Source: the human T2T-CHM13v2.0 reference genome, Homo sapiens. From it: 64,000 bases of DNA. The position numbers and the translations under genes are program-made. Shown one piece after another: positions 57,561 to 64,000 of this stretch. How positions within the stretch are numbered: the stretch's first letter is position 1; each line of letters opens with the position of its first letter. The notes under the pieces were generated by a model. It was not told the DNA's origin. It worked only from the letters and a program-made list of their open reading frames with translations, and made no database searches. The DNA lies in the NCBI RefSeq assembly GCF_009914755.1, contig NC_060926.1. One strand, written 5' to 3'.

Positions 57561-57977
57561 TGTATTAGGCCGTTCCACATTGTTATAAAGAAATACCTGA
57601 GACACGGTCATTAATAAAGAAAAGAGATTTAATTGTCTCACGGTTCTTCAGGCTGTACAGGAAGCATGGTGCTGGCATCTGCTCAACTTCTAAGGTGGCC
57701 TTGAGAAGCTACAATCATGGCGGAAGGTGACGGGGGAGCAGGCACGTCACATGGAGAAAGCAGAAGCAAGAGAGAGAAAAATGCAAGGTGCCACACACTT
57801 TTAAACAACCAGATCTTGTGAGAACTCACTATCTCGAGGACAGAACCAAGGGGATGGTGAGAAACCATTCATGAGAAATCCACCCACATGATCCAGTCGT
57901 CTCCCACCAGGCCTCATCCCCAACTCTGGGGATTACAATTCAACATGAGATTTGGTTGAGACATCCAAGCCGTATCA
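57561..57977 (-). mobile_element. MST (MSTA/B-like) solo LTR
   Basis: TGTATTAG...TATCA termini; perfect TSD GTGAG (57556-57560 and 57978-57982). Confidence 0.92.
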
Positions 57978-58029
57978 GTGAGAGATGCAGTTTTTTTTTT
58001 TCAGGGGAAAGTGTTGTTGTTGTTGTTGT

Positions 58030-58570
58030 TTTAATAAGATATAATTTACATACCATATACCATGAAAGTCGCCATTTAAAAATGTACAATTCAGTTGCTT
58101 TTAGTATACTGGCAAAGTTGAGCACCAGTAGCTACTAATTTCAGAACATTTTCATCACCCCAGAAAAAAATCTCATAGCCATTAGCAGTCACTCCTCAAT
58201 CTCCTTGTGCCCTAGGCCCTGGAAACCAATAATTTACTTTAGGTGTCTCTGGATTTGCCACTTCTGGACATTTTATCTCAAGGAAATCATGCAATATGAG
58301 GCCTTTTGCATCTGGCTTCCTTTACCAAGCACAGTGTTTTCATGCACCGCCAATGCTGCGTGTGTATCTGTACTGCATGCCTGTAGATGGCGGAATAATA
58401 TTCCAATGTATGGATAGACCACATTTTGTTTATCCATTCATCTGTTGATGAACATTTGGGCTGTTTTCACTTTTGGCTATTCTGAACAATGCTGCGAGGA
58501 ACAAGTTTTTTTTGTACAAGCGTGCAAGTTTTTTGTGGATGTATGTTTTCATTTCTCTTAGGCAAATAGA
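58030..58570 (-). mobile_element. L1M 3' fragment
   Basis: GATATAATTTACATACCATA...CCACATTTTGTTTATCCATTCATCTGTTGATGAACATTTGGG. Confidence 0.82.
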
Positions 58571-58584
58571 GAGACACAATTTTA

Positions 58585-58897
58585 CTTTTTATTTATTTTA
58601 TTTTTTATTTTTTTAGAGACAAGGTCTTGCTCTGTTGCCCAGGCTGAAGTGCAGTGGCGCCATCATAGCTCACTGTAGCCTGCAACTCTATGGATTACAT
58701 GTTCCTCCTGCCTCAGCCTCTTGAGTTGCTGGGACTACAGGCATACCCCATCATTCCTGGATAATTTTTAAATGTTTAGTAGAGATGAGTTCTCACTAGA
58801 TTGCCCAAATTCGTCTTGAACTCCTGGGCTTAAGTGATCCTCCCAAGTTAGCCTTATAAAGTGCTGGGATTAGAGGCATGAACCACTGCACCCAGCC
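58585..58897 (-). mobile_element. AluJ
   Basis: Reverse Alu consensus. Confidence 0.9.
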
Positions 58898-60719
58898 ACA
58901 GTTTTAAATAGGGTGGTCAGAGAAGGTCTCATGAGAAGGTGACATCTGAGCAAAGACTTGAAGAAAATAAGGGCAGAAGCCACACGAAAACCCCAGCAGG
59001 ACAGCAGGTGCAAGGGAACAGCAAGTGCAAGGATGCTTCCACCAAGGGGCTGGAAAATGAAAGGCTTGACTTCACCAGCTGCCTCCCAACCAGGGGGCCC
59101 AGTGAGTTTAGGCCTCACTGGCCCTTTCTGGCTGAGGGGCAGCCTGCTGCGAGGGGTTTCCCTTTCTGAATAAAGAGTCAAAGTCCCAAGACAGATGATT
59201 TTTGACCCATGCATCTTCTTCCTGCCTGGAAAGCAGATGTGATTCCTGGAGATGGGGCAGCTGTTCTGTGGCCATGAGGTTGAAATCCATGTGCTAAAGA
59301 TAGTAGAGCAGAAGAAGACTGGGACCTTGATGGCATTCTTGAGCTACCGCCTGAACCTTGGATCTCCTGCACCTGAACTTTGCTCTGTGACACAAAGAAG
59401 ACCCTTTCTTATCTAAGCCACTCTTATCTAAGCCACCGCTTGTCACGTTTTATGTCGTTTGCAGCCAAATGCATTCCTCATTGATGGAATGTCCAACATT
59501 GTCCCCAAGTCCCCCAGATAGATCCCTGGGGGCTCTTGACAGACAGACAGCAGGCAAGCCTGGGACACACGCTGCCCCCTTCTGCTTTCCTGTCCCTCCA
59601 TCGTGTTAAGCTGGTCTCTCAGGTGGGCATCAGGATTCAGCTATCCCAGGCTGACCCTGAGGTCCACCATGACTGTGCTGCAGCCACCACCACTGGCCGC
59701 TTCATGGCGTGTTTCCAGCACAACTCTCTGACCTGGCTCCCCCGGTTCCCCAGACGCGTTCCCCACGGAGTCCCAGCGTGTATGCATGGGGTCATGGTGC
59801 TCCACGCTCTCAACCGTTGGTTGCAGGTTCCCGTCCAGCCTCTCAAGCTGGCTGCTCCCCTTTCTCAGTTGTCCCCTGTGCCTCTTGTACCCTAACTTCA
59901 GTGTTAGAGCACCTTTCAGGGGGAATGGCGTAAAAAAGCCTTCCTTTCCAGTAGACAGAGTGCCCTGGCCAGCAGAGGCCAAACACATTCCCATTCAGCT
60001 TTGTTTCATGCTGGATCTGGCCCCAGGCCTGCACCTGGCCCTGGCAGTGGGCTCACGTTAGGTGGGATTGCTGAAGACAATGGGTGACTGAGGCAGTTAC
60101 AGGTGTCAGCCCCAGATGAGGCTCCCCAACCTGTACCCTTTACCCTGGAGCTGGCCCCATCTCTCACAGCCCAGTGGTGTACTACCTTAGGTAAGCACCA
60201 GTTGCGCCTCACTCTAATGAAAATAATAAAAGCTCAAATGACCAGCACTGTCCTACTGCTTTATACGCATGACCTCAGGTAATGAGAATTAGCCCACATC
60301 CATTCATTCCACAAATATTTATGGAGTGCCTACTGTATGCCAGGGATTCTTCCAGGCACTGGGGAGACATTTAAAAAACAATAACAACAACAACAAAAAT
60401 CTGCGTCTTGTCGGAACTTCCATATACACTTCCACTGGCTACTTCATGGAAACATCTGGAACATCTGATTTTTCTAGTCTTCCCATTACTAAATGTGGCA
60501 CAAGAACGTAGTCTAAAGGATGTACTTCACCATGCAAAAGCTCTTGTCATTTCAGAAAAGGAAGGAGAATTAAGTAAAATGTACTTCAAGAAAGTCAGTT
60601 AAGAATTTTTCCAGTTAATGAAAATTTAAAATGATTGGCTTTCATCTTGCTGTTTTCCAGGGTCCCACTATTAAGAACTCACTCATCCTGTTGTTATTAA
60701 GGGTGAAACCCAGACATTT

Positions 60720-60862
60720 CCTTATGTAAAAGCCAATTAAAATAAATTAAATGCAAATACTGTTTCATTGTCATGTCAGTTTTGAGAACCGGATCAATCA
60801 GAGGTTGTGGAAATGCCAAAGTTGTTAAGGCTGTGGTTACCATGACAACAGCTCTATTGTGT
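60720..60862. promoter_or_regulatory. Candidate intronic enhancer (D-box, POU octamer, SOX, MEIS, PBX and RFX motifs)
   Basis: TTATGTAA 60722-60729; ATGCAAAT 60751-60758; CATTGT 60766-60771; TGTCA twice in 60769-60778; ATCAATCA 60793-60800; GTTACCATGACAAC 60836-60849; CTATTGT 60854-60860. Confidence 0.45.
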
Positions 60863-61288
60863 AAGTGGTCTGTTATTTGGGAATTCTTCCTTAGGTCAGG
60901 CTAACAGTGATGTCATTTCTCAGGGAAGGGGACGGAGTTCTCTGGAGTCAGGTCTGGGGCCAGGAGACCTGGTGAGCAAAAACTGGGGTTCAGCCAGAAC
61001 TACCAGTTTTGTGACCATGGGAGACAGTCCCTTCCCCTTTTGCCTCAGTTTCCTCGCTTTGGGGATAGCCATTGCACAGCTGTGAGTATATTGTGGCCAT
61101 TCAGCACTTCTCAAAAGTTGCTGCTCTGCTAAAAAATTTTGGGGATTCCTGATTTGCCGGCTGGTTTTCAGCCTATGTTTTGGGGAAATGCAAATGATAG
61201 GAAACCACCCCTGGTCCTGCCTTACCGGTTCTAGCAGACCTTTGGTGAAACTGGGAGTTCTTGGGTCCTCTTGGCTAGTGGCTAGTGA

Positions 61289-61836
<548 letters not shown>

Positions 61837-64000
61837 CGACATCGTAATTACATTTTTGCAGGGTTTTCAGTTCACAGGTGTGCTCTCCCACATCCCCATT
61901 TAAGTTTACTTATTTTTCAGCCCCAGCCTCTGAGGCTATCATTATTTTACAGACGAGAACACCGGGACTCAGAGGGTGATTTGTCCCTAGTCTCAGGGCT
62001 CCAAGGCGGCAGTGCCAGCGTTGGTGGGGGTCCCCAGTGCCAGGCCAGGGTGGCACTGTTCTCCCTGTGCCTCTCTGCTTGTCCCCACTGCCTGCTTCTG
62101 CAGAGGCCTGCTCAGAGCAGGTTTCCAGCAACCTTCCTCGCCAGCATCCTGCTAAGCAGGCCCTGGAGGGCGGTTTCCCTGCTTCCCCACACCGGGCCAG
62201 AGCTGCCTTGATATTTATTTCAGGGCATCCCTGCAGAGGGAACTGCTAATGCAGTCATGGCTTTAAGACGTCACAAGCCACAGCTGCAGGTGCTTCATCT
62301 TAAACATCTGCCTTCCTGGCTGGGAGAAGCCCGGGAGCACCTGCTGCAGGTGTCTTTGCACCTCGGTCCTGCTGGTCCCAGGCCCAGCTGCGGCCAATTA
62401 GCACCTCTGTTGGGCACCATGGCCATTTCCTTGCTGCATGGGAGCCGCTGGCCTTTTTCCACTGTGTTGGGGGAAAGTTGTTGGGAAATGAGGAAGCAGT
62501 TGGGGATTTAAAAACTCTATGCAGGAAATAGGCTGTTGGGTTAACATTTAAGCCACTGAACAGTCATGGAGTGTTTGCTTGGAAGTGAGGCCCACGAGGC
62601 TGCAGAGGGCCATGAGATTCAAGGATGGTGTTCGTCAGGCCTGTCCGTCATCCTCTCTGGGTTCGACACCATCTCAGGGTACTCATGCCTGTTAGGTGCT
62701 TGGTGAACAAAGGCATCCCAGACAGAATCAACCCAGAAGGAAGAGGGGTGGGTGGTAAACGTTCGTTAACTTAGCCATGTTCTCTTAGGGTTTCTTCTCA
62801 AAATAAGGGCAGATGGGAGATCTCCCTGCCTCAAGGGGTCCCTGGCCAAGGGGCTACAGGCAGATATTGCCCAGTCAGCCCCAGTGAGGTGACAGAAGGC
62901 GGGAGGTGGCTTCAGTGTGTTTGAAGGAGGCTGGCATCACAGGTTCTAAAGCAGATGGCAGGAGCCCTGTGGCTGGGCCTGCTTCAGAACCTTGGCTGGC
63001 TGCTCCTTGGAGGTGAGGTGGGGGCAGGCAGTGTTGGCTGGAGACTTGTGGGGGGAATTGGCCGCCTGGGGTGCGTGCTGGCCTGCCTGCCTTCCGCTTC
63101 CGTGCCATGAGCCCCTTGTTCTCAGCTGTGAAGGTAGGTGAGGCTGCCCTGCACCAGCCAGCAGACTGGGTTAAGGTGGGAATCAAAGGAGAGGAGGTGT
63201 TCAGCTGGCTGGAGACCTGCTGAGCCCCTTGCATGAGGAGGGATTTCTGTCCAGCGCCCCTGGTCCTCAAGCTCCTCCTCAGCAGCGTTCATGAGCACAG
63301 GGTGTGGGTGTGACTGGTCCCTTTGGGCAGAATCTGAGAGTGCCCCCTTCTCCCTCCCTGTGCATTTGAAAGTTGGCTGGTGCTCGCTGACAGATGCCGA
63401 GGCTCCCGTTTGGCAGCTGGCCATGGCAGCCGCTTGTCCTCCACTCTCCCTAGATTTGGCTGAGCTGGGCCCCTGCTGTGCCCCACATGCCCCGGCTCTT
63501 TGTCTCGGTTGTCCCTTTGGCTCAGCTCTGGGTGTCGGCTCCTCGGAAGCCCTTCGTCACCCAACCAGAGTGAACTCCTTCTCCCAGGTGGCCAGAGCAT
63601 GTTGAGGTGACCCTGACTTTCTTCTGTGGGTCCTACATTTTAGCGGGGAGTACAAGTGCCTCTTCACTGCAGCATCTCCTAAGGAAGTGAGCCTGTGGGG
63701 AGGTCTCTGATGCTACTGGGAATCCAGCTTCACCTTCCCCCAACTCCTGGGATTTGCAGCCACAGCTAAGAGTGGGAGAACTTTGCCTTGTTTGCATTGC
63801 TCCAGATCGTGTTAAACAGAATTTCAAAACATGCATTTTGTAGGTAGTAGTTCTGTCATCCAGAATGTGTAAAGTAACTCTCTAGGTAGCTGTTATGGAT
63901 GGCCTGCAGGAAGGATCATACCAGTGACTTCTTTTGAGCCCCCTGCCGAGTGGCTAGCGTCAGGTGGGGGATTAGACTCTGGTTCTTTGCTTCCTGGCCC

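Overview
Primate (very likely human) genomic DNA with no credible protein-coding exon; the long ORFs in the track come from L1/L2 remnants, Alus, tandem repeats or GC-rich sequence. Positions 1-38,700 are repeat-rich intergenic DNA: L1PA/L1M, a long decayed L2, many Alus, MLT1 LTRs, two MER41 solo LTRs, hAT-Charlie elements and several mini/microsatellites. A CpG-island promoter at about 38.7-41.3 kb holds a + strand non-coding first exon (donor after 39752) and a possible alternative first exon, followed by more than 24 kb of intron 1. From memory the exon resembles the 5' UTR of HPCAL1 (moderate confidence, unchecked). Most notable: (1) a full-length, polyadenylated, TSD-flanked H/ACA snoRNA retrocopy (SNORA51-like) nested in a MER41 LTR; (2) tandem GAS/STAT sites retained in the other MER41; (3) several local templated duplications, including a ~220-bp octamer-containing element copied into an old 20-bp minisatellite and a ~245-bp copy next to a G4 tract; (4) a chimeric AluS/AluY that appears to mark an L1 deletion; (5) a dense POU/SOX/PBX-MEIS/RFX motif cluster in intron 1. 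I see no direct evidence of a wholly new biological system; these are candidates for follow-up. Repeat family names come from recalled consensus sequences, and boundaries are approximate unless a TSD is given.
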